Shown here: in pieces, positions 20,108 to 30,042 of the stretch
How positions within the stretch are numbered: the stretch's first letter is position 1
Layout of the letters: every line of letters begins with the position of its first letter
Assembly: GCA_947259355.1 (NCBI GenBank)
Contig: CAMYMF010000010.1
Span: forward strand, 68,356-130,296
Length of the DNA stretch: 61,941 nt
Direction of reading: 5' to 3'
DNA from: an uncultured Nitrospirota bacterium
Lineage (GTDB): Bacteria > CG2-30-53-67
Translations under genes and position numbers: made by a program
Notes under the pieces: generated by a model
Database searches by the model: none
What the model was told of the DNA's origin: nothing
Seen by the model: only the letters and a program-made list of their open reading frames with translations

Positions 20108-20956
20108 ATGACAAAGGTCTTTATCAACGACTGCTTTTGCGAAGAAGACGAGGCCCGCGTTTCAGTGTACGACCACGGCTTTCTCTATGGAGACGGCATC
20201 TTTGAAACGCTGCGGGTCTACGCCGGTCGTATCTTCAGGTTGGAGGCGCATCTGGCACGATTGCGTGCATCGGCCGCCAAGATTGCGCTGCCCCTGCCCT
20301 GGGATGATGCAGGGCTGCGCGAAACCCTTCAGGCGTGTCTCACGGTCAATGGGTGTGACGAGGCCGTGCTCCGTCTCACCGTCTCCCGGGGGCCGGGACC
20401 GCCGGGGCTGGACCCCGTTCTCTGTCCGACCCCGACGCTGGTCGTGCTGACCCGCCCCTTCGACGGGTATCCCGAAAGCATGTACCGCGAAGGCATCTCG
20501 GGCGCCCTCGTTTCGGTGCGAAAACCACCCGCGGATGTCCTCGATCCAGCCATCAAGTCGGCCAATTACCTGAACAACATCCTGGCCAGGATCGAAGCAA
20601 AGCAGGCCGGGGCCGATGAGGCCATTCTTCTCAATGGCGATGGGTTTCTCGCGGAAGGGAGCGTAAGCAACCTCTTCTTTTTCAAGGACGAGACCCTGTT
20701 CACCCCCTCTGTGGCGTCGGGTATTCTCAATGGTATTACACGCCAGGTGGTGCTCGAAACTGCCCGGGCCGAGGGGATCCCCGTGGCGGAGGATCTTCTC
20801 CGTCCCGAGGCACTACTCAATGCAGACGAGGCATTTCTGACCAACACCACCTACGAGGTCATGCCTTTGCGACAGGTTGACGGACGTCGCTATGCCATTG
20901 GTCCCAACGCCGGCCGGCTTCACGACATCTTTCGCCGTCACATTCATCCCGGATAA
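20108..20956 (+). CDS. class IV PLP aminotransferase (IlvE/PabC-like)
   Basis: DHGFLYGDGIFET, IKSANYL, EGSVSNLF, ILNGITR, ADEAFLT. Confidence 0.9.
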   Translation: MTKVFINDCFCEEDEARVSVYDHGFLYGDGIFETLRVYAGRIFRLEAHLARLRASAAKIALPLPWDDAGLRETLQACLTVNGCDEAVLRLTVSRGPGPPGLDPVLCPTPTLVVLTRPFDGYPESMYREGISGALVSVRKPPADVLDPAIKSANYLNNILARIEAKQAGADEAILLNGDGFLAEGSVSNLFFFKDETLFTPSVASGILNGITRQVVLETARAEGIPVAEDLLRPEALLNADEAFLTNTTYEVMPLRQVDGRRYAIGPNAGRLHDIFRRHIHPG

Positions 20957-20967
20957 AGGAGACGCGC

Positions 20968-21639
20968 GTGCAACCAGACGAACTGGCCCGACACATGGAC
21001 CACACCTGCTTGAAGGCGACGGCCACGCCCGAAATGATCGACACGCTCTGCCGCGAGGCCCGCGAGTGGGCCATGGCATCGGTCTGTGTCCCCCCCGCGT
21101 ACATCCGTGAGGCCCGTGCCCGTTTGCGGAACACGGAAGTGCGCGTCGGCACGGTCATCGGATTCCCCTTCGGCTATACTGCCCCTTCCGTCAAACTCGT
21201 GGAAGCGAAGACTGCGCGACAGCACGGCGCGGAGGAACTCGACGTGGTCCTGCAGCTGGGGCGCTTCAAGGGCGGCGAGCGGCGCGGTGTGGAGGAAGAA
21301 CTCCGCAGTATTGTCAAAGCCACACCGGAGCTGACCCATAAAGTCATCATCGAATGTCCTTCGCTGACGGAGGAGGAAATGCACGCCGCCGTGCAGATTG
21401 TCCTGAGCGCGGGCGCCGCCTTCGTCAAAACCAGCAGCGGCTTCGGCCCGAACGGGGCCCGTTTGGAAGATGTGCAGCTGCTCGTCGAGGAAGCGGCCGG
21501 CCGATTGCAGGTCAAGGCCTCGGGGGGAATACGAACGCTGGAGGACGCCCTGGCATTCATCGAAGCCGGTGCCACTCGTATCGGGACCAGTGTCGCGGCC
21601 CAGATCTTGTCGGCCTCGTCGACCACCGAGTCCGAATAG
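20968..21639 (+). CDS. deoC: deoxyribose-phosphate aldolase
   Basis: DHTCLK, VIGFPFG, KVIIE, FVKTSSGF, VKASGGIR, RIGTS. Confidence 0.95.
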   Translation: MQPDELARHMDHTCLKATATPEMIDTLCREAREWAMASVCVPPAYIREARARLRNTEVRVGTVIGFPFGYTAPSVKLVEAKTARQHGAEELDVVLQLGRFKGGERRGVEEELRSIVKATPELTHKVIIECPSLTEEEMHAAVQIVLSAGAAFVKTSSGFGPNGARLEDVQLLVEEAAGRLQVKASGGIRTLEDALAFIEAGATRIGTSVAAQILSASSTTESE

Positions 21640-21718
21640 TCCGCACACGGCCGGGTGGATCGAGCGTGCTTTCGCCGCCAACCGCTCCCCCATGCAATAT
21701 TCGGGCTAGAGGCAGCGC

Positions 21719-22903
21719 GTGAAACGAGATGATCGGGCCATCGTCATCACCCTCGACAGCGTCGGTATCGGGGCGCTGCCCGATGCGGCGCAGTACGGCG
21801 ACGCCGGCGCGGACACTCTGGGACACCTCTGCGCAACGGTCGGACCGCCGGTGGTGCCCCATCTGACCGCCATGGGTCTCGGCAATCTGAAACCTCTGCG
21901 GGGCGTCCCCCCTGCGGCGAACCCAACGGCCTGTTTCGGGCGGCTCGGGGAACGCTCCGCCGGCAAGGATACCACCACCGGACATTGGGAATTGATGGGG
22001 CTCATCACCGAGACCCCTTTTCCCACCTATCCCGACGGGTTTCCGCCTGCGTTGATCCGAGCGTTTGAGAAAGCCATCGGCCGAAGGACCCTCGGCAACG
22101 TGCCCGCCTCAGGAACGCAGATTATTCAAGAACTGGGACAGACCCATTTGCGCACCGGGTTTCCCATCGTCTATACCTCCGCCGATTCGGTCTTCCAAAT
22201 CGCTGCCCATGAAGCCATGATCCCCGTGGCGCAGCTCTACGACATCTGCCGCACGGCCCGCAAGCTCTTGGTGCCACCCCACGGGGTGTCCCGCGTGATC
22301 GCCCGCCCCTTCGAAGGGAAAGAGGGGGCGTTCACCCGAACAGCGCGACGCCGGGACTTCTCAGTCTCCCCTCCCGGTCCGACACTGCTGAGCCGGTTGC
22401 GCGCCCAGGGCTACGAGGTAGCGGGGATCGGGAAAATCCAGGATATTTTCGCCGGCGTTGGCCTGACCCGGCATTACGAGAGCACCAGCAATGAGGAAGG
22501 GATGGACCGAACCCTGGAGGCCATGGACGACGTAACCTCCGGACTGATGCTCACAAACCTCATCGATTTTGACATGCTCTACGGCCACCGCAAGGAGATG
22601 GACGGCTATGCCCGCGCCCTGGAGGCCTTTGACCGCCGGCTGCCCGAAATCCTTGGCCGCCTTCGACCCAACGATCTTTTCGTCATTTCCGCAGATCACG
22701 GATGCGATCCGACATTGCCGGGCACCGATCACACCAGGGAATACGTTCCTCTGCTCATTCAGGGAGCGCGTCTGCGCTGCGGTGTGGACCTCGGCACCCG
22801 GGAGAGCATGGCCGATCTGGCGGCAACGCTGCAAGCCTTCTTTGGGCTTACCGGCTCCTTGGCAGGGCAGAGTTTCCTGCAGGAGATCCTCCGGACTGCC
22901 TGA
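21719..22903 (+). CDS. deoB: phosphopentomutase
   Basis: LDSVGIG, GKDTTTGHWE, YTSADSVFQIAAHE, DMLYGHR, ADHGCDP, DHTREYVP. Confidence 0.95.
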   Translation: MKRDDRAIVITLDSVGIGALPDAAQYGDAGADTLGHLCATVGPPVVPHLTAMGLGNLKPLRGVPPAANPTACFGRLGERSAGKDTTTGHWELMGLITETPFPTYPDGFPPALIRAFEKAIGRRTLGNVPASGTQIIQELGQTHLRTGFPIVYTSADSVFQIAAHEAMIPVAQLYDICRTARKLLVPPHGVSRVIARPFEGKEGAFTRTARRRDFSVSPPGPTLLSRLRAQGYEVAGIGKIQDIFAGVGLTRHYESTSNEEGMDRTLEAMDDVTSGLMLTNLIDFDMLYGHRKEMDGYARALEAFDRRLPEILGRLRPNDLFVISADHGCDPTLPGTDHTREYVPLLIQGARLRCGVDLGTRESMADLAATLQAFFGLTGSLAGQSFLQEILRTA

Positions 22904-22927
22904 GTCGCTGCGGTGGGAGACCAGACG

Positions 22928-24241
22928 ATGCGCCTCTACGATCTGATCATGAAGAAACGAAACGGCGGGAGCCTGCGTACCGAAGAGATCCACCGGATCA
23001 TCGCGGACTATACTTCGGGCACGCTCCCCGATTACCAGATGGCCGCTCTCCTCATGGCCATCTATTTTCGCGGGATGAACGGGCGGGAGACCCTGGATCT
23101 CACCCAGGCCCTCCTCAACTCGGGCGAGGTCCTCGATCTGTCCGGCATCCCGGGGTCCAAAATCGACAAACACAGTACCGGCGGCGTGGGAGACAAGATC
23201 TCGCTGGTGGCGGCGCCGCTGGCCGCCGCTGCGGGGATCGTGGTGCCCATGCTCTCCGGTCGCGCGCTGGGGCACACGGGAGGCACACTGGACAAGTTGG
23301 AAGCCATCCCTGGCTTCCGGACCGCGCTGCGCCGCGACGAGTTCCTCGCGGGGGTTGAGGCGGTGGGCATTGCCATCATGGGTCAGGCCGACTACATCAC
23401 ACCGGCCGACGGGATGCTCTATGCCCTTCGCGATGTCACCGCAACGGTGGACTGTATCCCGCTCATCGCGGCCAGCATCATGAGTAAGAAGCTGGCCGAG
23501 GGCATCGACGGATTGGTGTTGGACGTAAAGGTCGGCAGTGGTGCTTTCATGAAAGGTATCGAGGAGGCCCGAGAGCTGGGGCGAACCATGGTCACCATCG
23601 GTTCCAGTCTCGGCCGAAAAGTGCTCGCCCTTATGACCGAGATGGACGAGCCCCTGGGCCATGCCGTTGGCAACGCGCTGGAGGTCCGCGAAGCGGTGGC
23701 GGTCCTCTCCGGACACGGACCGGCCGACGTTCGGGCACTTTCCATTCGTATCGCCGGCGAAATGCTTCTGATGGGGGGCATTTTTTCGACGCTCTCCGAT
23801 GCTGAAGCGCGCCTGGCCGATCTAATCGCCAATGGAGCGGCACTGATGAAATTCAGGGAGCTCATCGTCCGCCAGGGCGGCGACCCCGCCATAGCTGACA
23901 CGCCGGAGCGTCTACCGGCCGCGCGTTTCCACAGGACAATCTCTGCATCGCGCGCAGGATTCCTAGAACGGATCGTGACCGATGAGATTGGGATGGCTGC
24001 GAGTCTCCTCGGCGCCGGCCGGGAACGAAAGGAGGACAGTGTCCGTCCCGGCGCCGGTCTCCTGCTGCACAAAAAAAGAGGCGCAGCCGTCGGAGAGGGC
24101 GAAACGCTGGCCACCCTTTTCACCGATGACGAGCGATGCCTGCCCGCAGTCGAACAGCGGGTGCGGCGTGCCATTCAAATCGGCGAGAAAAGGATCGATA
24201 ACCGAAGGCTTATTCTGGAAAGGATGGTAGCGGGAGAATGA
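22928..24241 (+). CDS. pdp: pyrimidine-nucleoside/thymidine phosphorylase
   Basis: DKHSTGGVGDK, SGRALGHTGGTLDKLE, SIMSKKLAEG, LDVKVGSGAFMK. Confidence 0.93.
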   Translation: MRLYDLIMKKRNGGSLRTEEIHRIIADYTSGTLPDYQMAALLMAIYFRGMNGRETLDLTQALLNSGEVLDLSGIPGSKIDKHSTGGVGDKISLVAAPLAAAAGIVVPMLSGRALGHTGGTLDKLEAIPGFRTALRRDEFLAGVEAVGIAIMGQADYITPADGMLYALRDVTATVDCIPLIAASIMSKKLAEGIDGLVLDVKVGSGAFMKGIEEARELGRTMVTIGSSLGRKVLALMTEMDEPLGHAVGNALEVREAVAVLSGHGPADVRALSIRIAGEMLLMGGIFSTLSDAEARLADLIANGAALMKFRELIVRQGGDPAIADTPERLPAARFHRTISASRAGFLERIVTDEIGMAASLLGAGRERKEDSVRPGAGLLLHKKRGAAVGEGETLATLFTDDERCLPAVEQRVRRAIQIGEKRIDNRRLILERMVAGE

Positions 24242-24309
24242 AAGGGGCACAGACCATGCCAAAACGCCTTAACCCATTGCTGAATAAGATATTTTTTTCA
24301 ATATTGGCC

Positions 24310-24338
24310 TTGCATTACGATTTCATCTGTACTATGAT
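24310..24338 (+). promoter_or_regulatory. sigma70-type promoter for the romR-like gene
   Basis: TTGCAT-17 bp-TATGAT in an AT-rich intergenic region. Confidence 0.55.
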
Positions 24339-24434
24339 AAATAAAATTAAACTCTCCAGACAATTGATGAGAATTCAGGACCAATCGTTGATTTCCGACG
24401 GAAAGCCTGCCTGTCCACATGGAGGATTCATCTG

Positions 24435-26024
24435 ATGGGTGCAAAGCTTTTACTGGCGGATGATAGCGTCACCATCCAGAAGGTCGTCGAGCTGACTCTG
24501 GCCGACGAGGATTACGACATCTCCATGGTCTCCGACGGGGCGGCGGCCTTGAAGCTGGCAGAAGAGCTCCGACCGGACATGATCCTGGCCGATATCGTCA
24601 TGCCGGAAATGAGCGGCTACGAACTTTGCGAGCAGATCCGCAAGAGCCCGATCCTCGGCACCACCCCTGTTCTGCTCCTCTCCAGCACATTCGAAAACTA
24701 CGACACCGAGCGGGGCACCCGGGTCGGCGCCAATGGCCATATCGTCAAACCTTTTGAATCGGAGGAACTGATTCAGAAGATTCGCCAGACGCTGAATCCT
24801 GACGTGGCCGCACCGGTGACCGACACCGCTGCGCCGATGACGGCGCAGGCGGAAGTGGCATCGGCCCGTGCCGCTGAGGCTTCTGCCGCAGCGCCGGAAA
24901 TCGTCGAAGACGAGGAGTTCGAGTTTGAACTGACCGATGAGTTCATGAACGAAGCGGAGGAGATGTTCGACGAGTCGGAAACACCAGCGGCGACGGATGC
25001 AGCACAGAAGACCGACGCCGCCGAAGAGCTCCTGCCGGACGAGTTTTCGGACGCCTTCGATCTGACCGAGGAAATGATGGCGGCACCGGGGGCGGCCGAA
25101 GCATCGGAGGCTTCCGTCATCGAAATGCCCGCACCGGAAATGACGGCAGAAGGGCCCCAGGAGATCACCCCGGAGCTTGTTCAGGAAGAGAGCGGCTGGG
25201 GCGAGTTTGAAACCGAACCCGAGTCCGTCCTGCAGGAGCAACTGGAAGCCTCTGCTCCAGAAACCGAGGCCCCCGTGGTACCGGAAAAGGCCGAGATCGA
25301 TGCGGAGCTTTTTGAAGAGGAGCAGGTGAACGTTTACGAAATACCGGAAGAGTTCGCCGAGGGCAGTGCCTTTGCGCTGACCGAGAGCGATCGCGTTGAG
25401 GAAGAGGCCCCCTTTGAGATCGAAACCTCGGGAGAAGATCTGATCGACCGGTTCATGTTGCGGGATGTCCCCGCCGCCGAGGGCGGACCGCCCGAAGCCG
25501 AACGGGAACTCACGGACGCGGAGCTCTCCAGCGCCATTGACGAAGAACCGGTGCCGCAGGCAGCCTTCCAAACCGAACCGGAACCGACGGCTGCACAAGC
25601 CCCCGTTGAGGCGGAAACGGTCCCAGAGCCCACCCCAGAAGTGACAATGGCGGCGCCTGCGGCTGAGACGCAGGAGGAGTCCTTCGAACAGGTCTTTGCC
25701 ACGGAAGGGGCCACAGATTCGGAGTGGTCGCCTGAGCTCGCCGCCTTCGGCGGGGCCCCGGAGATGGTCGCAGACGAAGTCATTGAAAAACCACTCACGG
25801 CAGACGAAGTCATTGAAGAACCGCTCACGGAAGAAGCTGTGAGTGCCGCTGGCGCGGCGCCGGCCGTGGACGAAGCAACCGTGCGCCGGATCGTGAAAGA
25901 ACTCATCGCAGAAAATGCACCCCAGATCATTGAAGCGGTGGCGTGGGACGTGATCCCCGATCTTGCGGAGGAGCTGATCCGCAAGGAGATCCAAAGACTG
26001 CAGCAGGAAGCTAGGAGCTCCTGA
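24435..26024 (+). CDS. romR: RomR-like response regulator (receiver, acidic linker, conserved C-terminal helix)
   Basis: Receiver LLLADD...ILADIVMP...KPF; long E/A/P-rich linker; C-terminal IIEAVAWDVIPDLAEELIRKEIQRL resembles the RomR tail. Confidence 0.72.
   Translation: MGAKLLLADDSVTIQKVVELTLADEDYDISMVSDGAAALKLAEELRPDMILADIVMPEMSGYELCEQIRKSPILGTTPVLLLSSTFENYDTERGTRVGANGHIVKPFESEELIQKIRQTLNPDVAAPVTDTAAPMTAQAEVASARAAEASAAAPEIVEDEEFEFELTDEFMNEAEEMFDESETPAATDAAQKTDAAEELLPDEFSDAFDLTEEMMAAPGAAEASEASVIEMPAPEMTAEGPQEITPELVQEESGWGEFETEPESVLQEQLEASAPETEAPVVPEKAEIDAELFEEEQVNVYEIPEEFAEGSAFALTESDRVEEEAPFEIETSGEDLIDRFMLRDVPAAEGGPPEAERELTDAELSSAIDEEPVPQAAFQTEPEPTAAQAPVEAETVPEPTPEVTMAAPAAETQEESFEQVFATEGATDSEWSPELAAFGGAPEMVADEVIEKPLTADEVIEEPLTEEAVSAAGAAPAVDEATVRRIVKELIAENAPQIIEAVAWDVIPDLAEELIRKEIQRLQQEARSS
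25771..25830 (+). repeat. 30-bp in-frame tandem duplication (ADEVIE[K/E]PLT x2)
   Basis: CAGACGAAGTCATTGAAAAACCACTCACGG followed by CAGACGAAGTCATTGAAGAACCGCTCACGG; 2 mismatches. Confidence 0.9.
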
Positions 26025-26142
26025 GTGCAAACCTGACCGGGGGTGTCTCCCACCCGTTGAGGCCGGGACTCTTTCGGCCCCTCTCCGAACTCGTCATACC
26101 CCCGTTGCAGCGATCATCGTGTGAAAGGCAGGTCATGCCGGT

Positions 26143-26865
26143 ATGAAGTATCCAGGCGTCTTCATCACAGGCACCGACACGGGCGTGGGAAAGACCATCA
26201 TTTCAGCGGCACTGGCCCGAACGCTGGTCAATCGCGGCATGAGTGTGGGCGTCATGAAACCGGTCGAGACCGGATGCGCCCGGGGACCAAAGGGGCTGCT
26301 GGCAACGGACTCGGAATTTCTCATCAAAGCCGCCCGCAGCAAGGATTCCAAGAATCTCATCACCCCCTATACCATGGAAGCCCCCGTGGCCCCCATGGAG
26401 GCCGCGGAATTGGAAGGGGTGGAAATCAACGAAGAGTATATTCTGGACTGCTATCTGCAGCTCAAGCACCGCCACGACTTCATGGTCGTGGAGGGTGCCG
26501 GCGGCCTGATGGTTCCCATTCATCGCCGCCTGTTGGTCTCCGACCTGATTCAACTGCTCGACCTGCCGGTGATCCTCGTTGCCCGTCCGAACCTGGGCAC
26601 CATCAATCACTCGCTCCTGTCGCTGCATTATGCACAGGACCGCGGAATTAAGGTGCTCGGCTTCGTCATGAACCGCCGCCATGATGAACTCAAGGAGATG
26701 CACGTGGCGGAGGAGAAGAGCCCCATCCTCATTGAAACGCTTTCGGGCGTGCCCTTCCTCGGCACCAAACCCTATGTGGAAGACTCCCTTCTGGACGAAG
26801 AATTCATCGAGAAGTCCGCCAGTTACTTTGCCGAGCTGATCAAGCTCGATTCCCTGGGCCTCTGA
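26143..26865 (+). CDS. bioD: dethiobiotin synthase
   Basis: FITGTDTGVGKT, MKPVETG, VEGAGGLMVP, LGTINH. Confidence 0.95.
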   Translation: MKYPGVFITGTDTGVGKTIISAALARTLVNRGMSVGVMKPVETGCARGPKGLLATDSEFLIKAARSKDSKNLITPYTMEAPVAPMEAAELEGVEINEEYILDCYLQLKHRHDFMVVEGAGGLMVPIHRRLLVSDLIQLLDLPVILVARPNLGTINHSLLSLHYAQDRGIKVLGFVMNRRHDELKEMHVAEEKSPILIETLSGVPFLGTKPYVEDSLLDEEFIEKSASYFAELIKLDSLGL

Positions 26866-28382
26866 CCAAGCCAACTCCAGATCCAACAGATCGCAGCCCC
26901 GGCGATACAGACCCACGCAAAGACGTCGCCGAAACGTGTATACACCGAAGGCGCTGTCGGGAGCAGCGGCAACTCCGCCACAAAGGCATCCTCCACAAAA
27001 ATTGCCGTCTCTTTCAGAATAGTGCCGTCGGGTGCGATCACGCCTGAAATGCCGGTGTTGGCAGACCGCACAACGGGCACGCGATTCTCTACGGCCCGCA
27101 GCACAGCCATGGAAAAGTGTTGCCGAGGTGCCGCGGAGCGGCCAAACCAGTCGTCATTGGTCAGGGTTGCCACCACATTGGCCCCGGCGGCCACAAAGCG
27201 GCGGACAAGATGGGGCAGAATGATTTCATAGCAGATGGGGGTGCCCAGGACACTCGGCCCCGCCTTCATGACCGATATCTCCCGGCCGGGGGTCATGTCA
27301 CCAATCCAATCGATAATGGGGTGCACGAAGAACAACGCGGGCCGCAGCGGCACATACTCCCCGAAGGGCACCAAGTGCATCTTGTCGTAGCGCCCCAGCA
27401 GTTCACCACCGGGTGCAACGAGAAAGGCACTGTTGTAGAAATGCTGCTCACTGTCGCGGATGCGGAAATCGGGACTCCCGAAAAGCAGAGCAATGCCGAG
27501 ATCATCGATCAGGGTAAGCAACTTCGACTGATAGGCCCGCTCGACCATAAAGTAGAACGGAACGGAGGCCTCCGGCCAGATGATCAGATCCGGTGACGCC
27601 TCGGCGGCCTCCCGACTGAGTCGGCTGTGGATCGCCAGAATCTTGTCGCGAAAGTTCGGATCCCACTTCTCTCCCTGGTCGATGTTGCCCTGGACCACCC
27701 CCACCCGTAGCAGACTGTTTGGCTCCAAGGCTCGGATATGATTCAACCGGTACGCCCCATAGGCGATGGTGAGCACGAGACATACGATGGCGCCACCGAC
27801 GGGAACGATCAGATTCCGAACCTCCCTGCGGTGAAGCACCACGCTGAGGATCGCCGTGAAAGCTACCTGAACCGCGACGACGACAAAGCTCACCCCGTAG
27901 ATACCGGTCACGTCCGCAACTTGCAGAACCAGAGGATGGCGGTACTGGGTGTACCCGAGAAGCGCCCAGGGAAATCCGGTGAGCAGATGGCCCCGCACAT
28001 ACTCCAAGGCCACCCAGAGCAGTGGCGCGCCGAGCACCAGCGGAATCCGCGTCCCCAACATCCGCGCCGTTCCCCACGCAAACAGCCCGTGGTACACCGC
28101 GAGGTAGCAGGAGAAGACAAAGAGAATCAGGAGACTCAACCACCTCGGGATGCCGCCATAGTTCTCCATGGTCACTGTCAGCCAATAAATGGTGCCCAGG
28201 TAGAAAACAAGACCGGCGATCATCCCGCAGAAAAAGGCCGGCAACTTCCGGTCTGGACGTACCAGAGAATAGAGAAGCGGCACTAGGGCCACATACGCGA
28301 GCCCCGACAGGGCGGGTCTCGGAAAGGAAAGGCTCAGCAGCACGCCGGAAAGCAAGGCCAGCACGGCATCGAGGGAAGTCAT
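26823..28382 (-). CDS. lnt: apolipoprotein N-acyltransferase
   Basis: GFPWALLGY, VQGNI, IWPE, YDKMHLVPFGEYVP, ICYE, TNDDWFG, RSANTGIS. Confidence 0.95.
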   Translation of the reverse strand: MTSLDAVLALLSGVLLSLSFPRPALSGLAYVALVPLLYSLVRPDRKLPAFFCGMIAGLVFYLGTIYWLTVTMENYGGIPRWLSLLILFVFSCYLAVYHGLFAWGTARMLGTRIPLVLGAPLLWVALEYVRGHLLTGFPWALLGYTQYRHPLVLQVADVTGIYGVSFVVVAVQVAFTAILSVVLHRREVRNLIVPVGGAIVCLVLTIAYGAYRLNHIRALEPNSLLRVGVVQGNIDQGEKWDPNFRDKILAIHSRLSREAAEASPDLIIWPEASVPFYFMVERAYQSKLLTLIDDLGIALLFGSPDFRIRDSEQHFYNSAFLVAPGGELLGRYDKMHLVPFGEYVPLRPALFFVHPIIDWIGDMTPGREISVMKAGPSVLGTPICYEIILPHLVRRFVAAGANVVATLTNDDWFGRSAAPRQHFSMAVLRAVENRVPVVRSANTGISGVIAPDGTILKETAIFVEDAFVAELPLLPTAPSVYTRFGDVFAWVCIAGAAICWIWSWLGQRPRESSLISSAK

Positions 28383-28546
28383 TTTTTCGTAGAGTCTGCG
28401 CGTCATTAGGCTGCCGCTTTGAGGCGCCCCAATGCCCGAGGGCGGATGAAAAATAGCGCGTACGTTACCAAAACACGCTCAGAGTGTCAATGCAGGGAAA
28501 CCGACGCAGCCGGCCCGGGTGGCCGATTCCGGGGGCTGCGGAACTT

Positions 28547-28576
28547 TTGACACAGCCCTGTGCGGGACTGTATAAT
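28547..28576 (+). promoter_or_regulatory. near-consensus sigma70 promoter
   Basis: TTGACA-18 bp-TATAAT. A divergent candidate for lnt (TTGACA-17-TAACGT) lies at 28462-28490 on the minus strand. Confidence 0.7.
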
Positions 28577-28582
28577 AGAAAT

Positions 28583-28769
28583 TTGCGGCCTGGTGAACAC
28601 TCCCCGCCAACCTGAATCCGGGAGTTCCCAATGCCGGCCGCCCGTGTTGGACGTCACCCGGCAGGCCTGCGGTTTCCGACGTGGCACGGCTTGGTCGATA
28701 CAGCGACCTCGACTCGGAGAAAGGGGACGGAGCGGACATCATTTCAGCGGGCGCCGGCCGGGTTCGCGG
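28583..28769 (+). ncRNA. candidate structured RNA or long leader (rod-like, possibly 6S-like)
   Basis: Directly follows a strong promoter. Nested complementary segments: GCGGCCTGG/CCGGGTTCGC, TCCGGG/CTCGGA, GTGTTGGA/TCCGACGT. Confidence 0.3.
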
Positions 28770-28791
28770 ACGGGCCATTGGAGGTCACACC

Positions 28792-29286
28792 ATGTCCATT
28801 TCCCTGATGAAAACCCGGACCCTGACCCTTTTCATCCTGCTGTTGGGGTGGCTGACACCGCCCGCCCAGGCGGGGAGCGTTGAACTGGGCACCTTGGCTC
28901 AGTATTCAGACGTCATCGTCTTCGGCCGCGTCGAGTCCTGTCAAAGTCAGTGGGAAGCCTCCAGTCCAAACATCATCACCCACACCCGCTTTCGGGTGGA
29001 GGACAGCATCAAGGGAGAGTTGAGAAGCGGCGAGACGGTGGTCATCGAAACGTCGGGTGGTGAAATCAACGGGATGAAACAGCAGGTCCCGCACGCGGCG
29101 TGCTTCAACGGCGGGCAATACGCCGTCGTCTTCCTCACACCCGGTAAAGAGAAACGCTTTCGGGTTTTCCAGGGAAAATCCGGTGTGATTTCGTTTTTCC
29201 AGAAAGGAAAGAACCTCCGGACAGGCAAGGGCAAAGACCTCCCGCAGCTGATTCGGGAGATGAAGCCCTATATCGGAGAGAACTGA
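28792..29286 (+). CDS. hypothetical secreted protein
   Basis: GGAGG RBS, signal peptide ending AQA, SDVIVFGRV and GGEI motifs. Confidence 0.75.
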   Translation: MSISLMKTRTLTLFILLLGWLTPPAQAGSVELGTLAQYSDVIVFGRVESCQSQWEASSPNIITHTRFRVEDSIKGELRSGETVVIETSGGEINGMKQQVPHAACFNGGQYAVVFLTPGKEKRFRVFQGKSGVISFFQKGKNLRTGKGKDLPQLIREMKPYIGEN

Positions 29287-29288
29287 CG

Positions 29289-29318
29289 GCTGCCCGGGGG
29301 GGAATTCCCCCGGGCAGC
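29289..29318. terminator. hairpin between convergent genes
   Basis: GCTGCCCGGGGG...CCCCCGGGCAGC, 12-bp perfect stem. Confidence 0.65.
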
Positions 29319-29327
29319 ATCTGAGCG

Positions 29328-30023
29328 TTACTGTTTGGTGATGATGAACTCGATGCGCCGGTTCTGCTGGCGACCCTTCTTCGTCTTATTGTCTCCAAGT
29401 GGCCGGGTTTCACCGTAGCCCATTGTCTTGATCCGATCCGATGAAATGCCAAATTTACGGACCAGATAATCCTTGACGGCCTTGGCTCTCCGCTCCGAAA
29501 GACCTTGATTATGCTGTTCCGAGCCGGTACTGTCGGTGTGGCCATCAATTCTGACCTCCACGCTGGTAAAACGTTTCAATACCGAACCCGCCTCGTCGAG
29601 CGTCCGCTCTGATGAGGGCCTTATGGTGGCCTTATCAAGGTCGAAGTAAATCCCGTCCAGAACGAAGGTCGGTCTCTCAACCGGCGGTGGAGGAGGAGGC
29701 GGTGCCGCTTTCGCGACCTTCGGACAGTTGCGTTTTGCCGCCGCCTGGGTCTCGCGCACAAGCTGATCCGCCTCGGGGACGTACTTCCCCGCGTAAGTCC
29801 AGTGCCCTTCACCCATTTCTTCCTGGACATGCGCCAGCTTGGCCTCCGCCTTGGCGTACTCCTGAGGCGCACACTCCTTGGCATTGGCCGGTAGATTGCT
29901 GAACAGCCGCATGGCATTGTCGTAATCACTTTGCAGGGCCTCCCGGGTGGCCGTTGACATGCACCCCGCACTCAGCACGAGGAGGCCCAGACAAACCAGG
30001 AAACACTTCTTCTGAAGATTCAT
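29328..30023 (-). CDS. OmpA-family lipoprotein with N-terminal DUF4398-like helical domain
   Basis: Lipobox SAGC, Pro-rich linker, IYFDLDK, GHTDSTG...NQGLSERRA, GYGE.RP, NRRIEF. Confidence 0.9.
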   Translation of the reverse strand: MNLQKKCFLVCLGLLVLSAGCMSTATREALQSDYDNAMRLFSNLPANAKECAPQEYAKAEAKLAHVQEEMGEGHWTYAGKYVPEADQLVRETQAAAKRNCPKVAKAAPPPPPPPVERPTFVLDGIYFDLDKATIRPSSERTLDEAGSVLKRFTSVEVRIDGHTDSTGSEQHNQGLSERRAKAVKDYLVRKFGISSDRIKTMGYGETRPLGDNKTKKGRQQNRRIEFIITKQ

Positions 30024-30042
30024 AATCTGCACTCCCCCTCTC

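Noticed and set aside
24450-26053. Long antisense ORFs (e.g. 526 aa opposite romR; others opposite rel, mcd, folD and glgC)
   Set aside because: Shadow ORFs of well-supported genes in GC-rich DNA, with no recognisable motifs.
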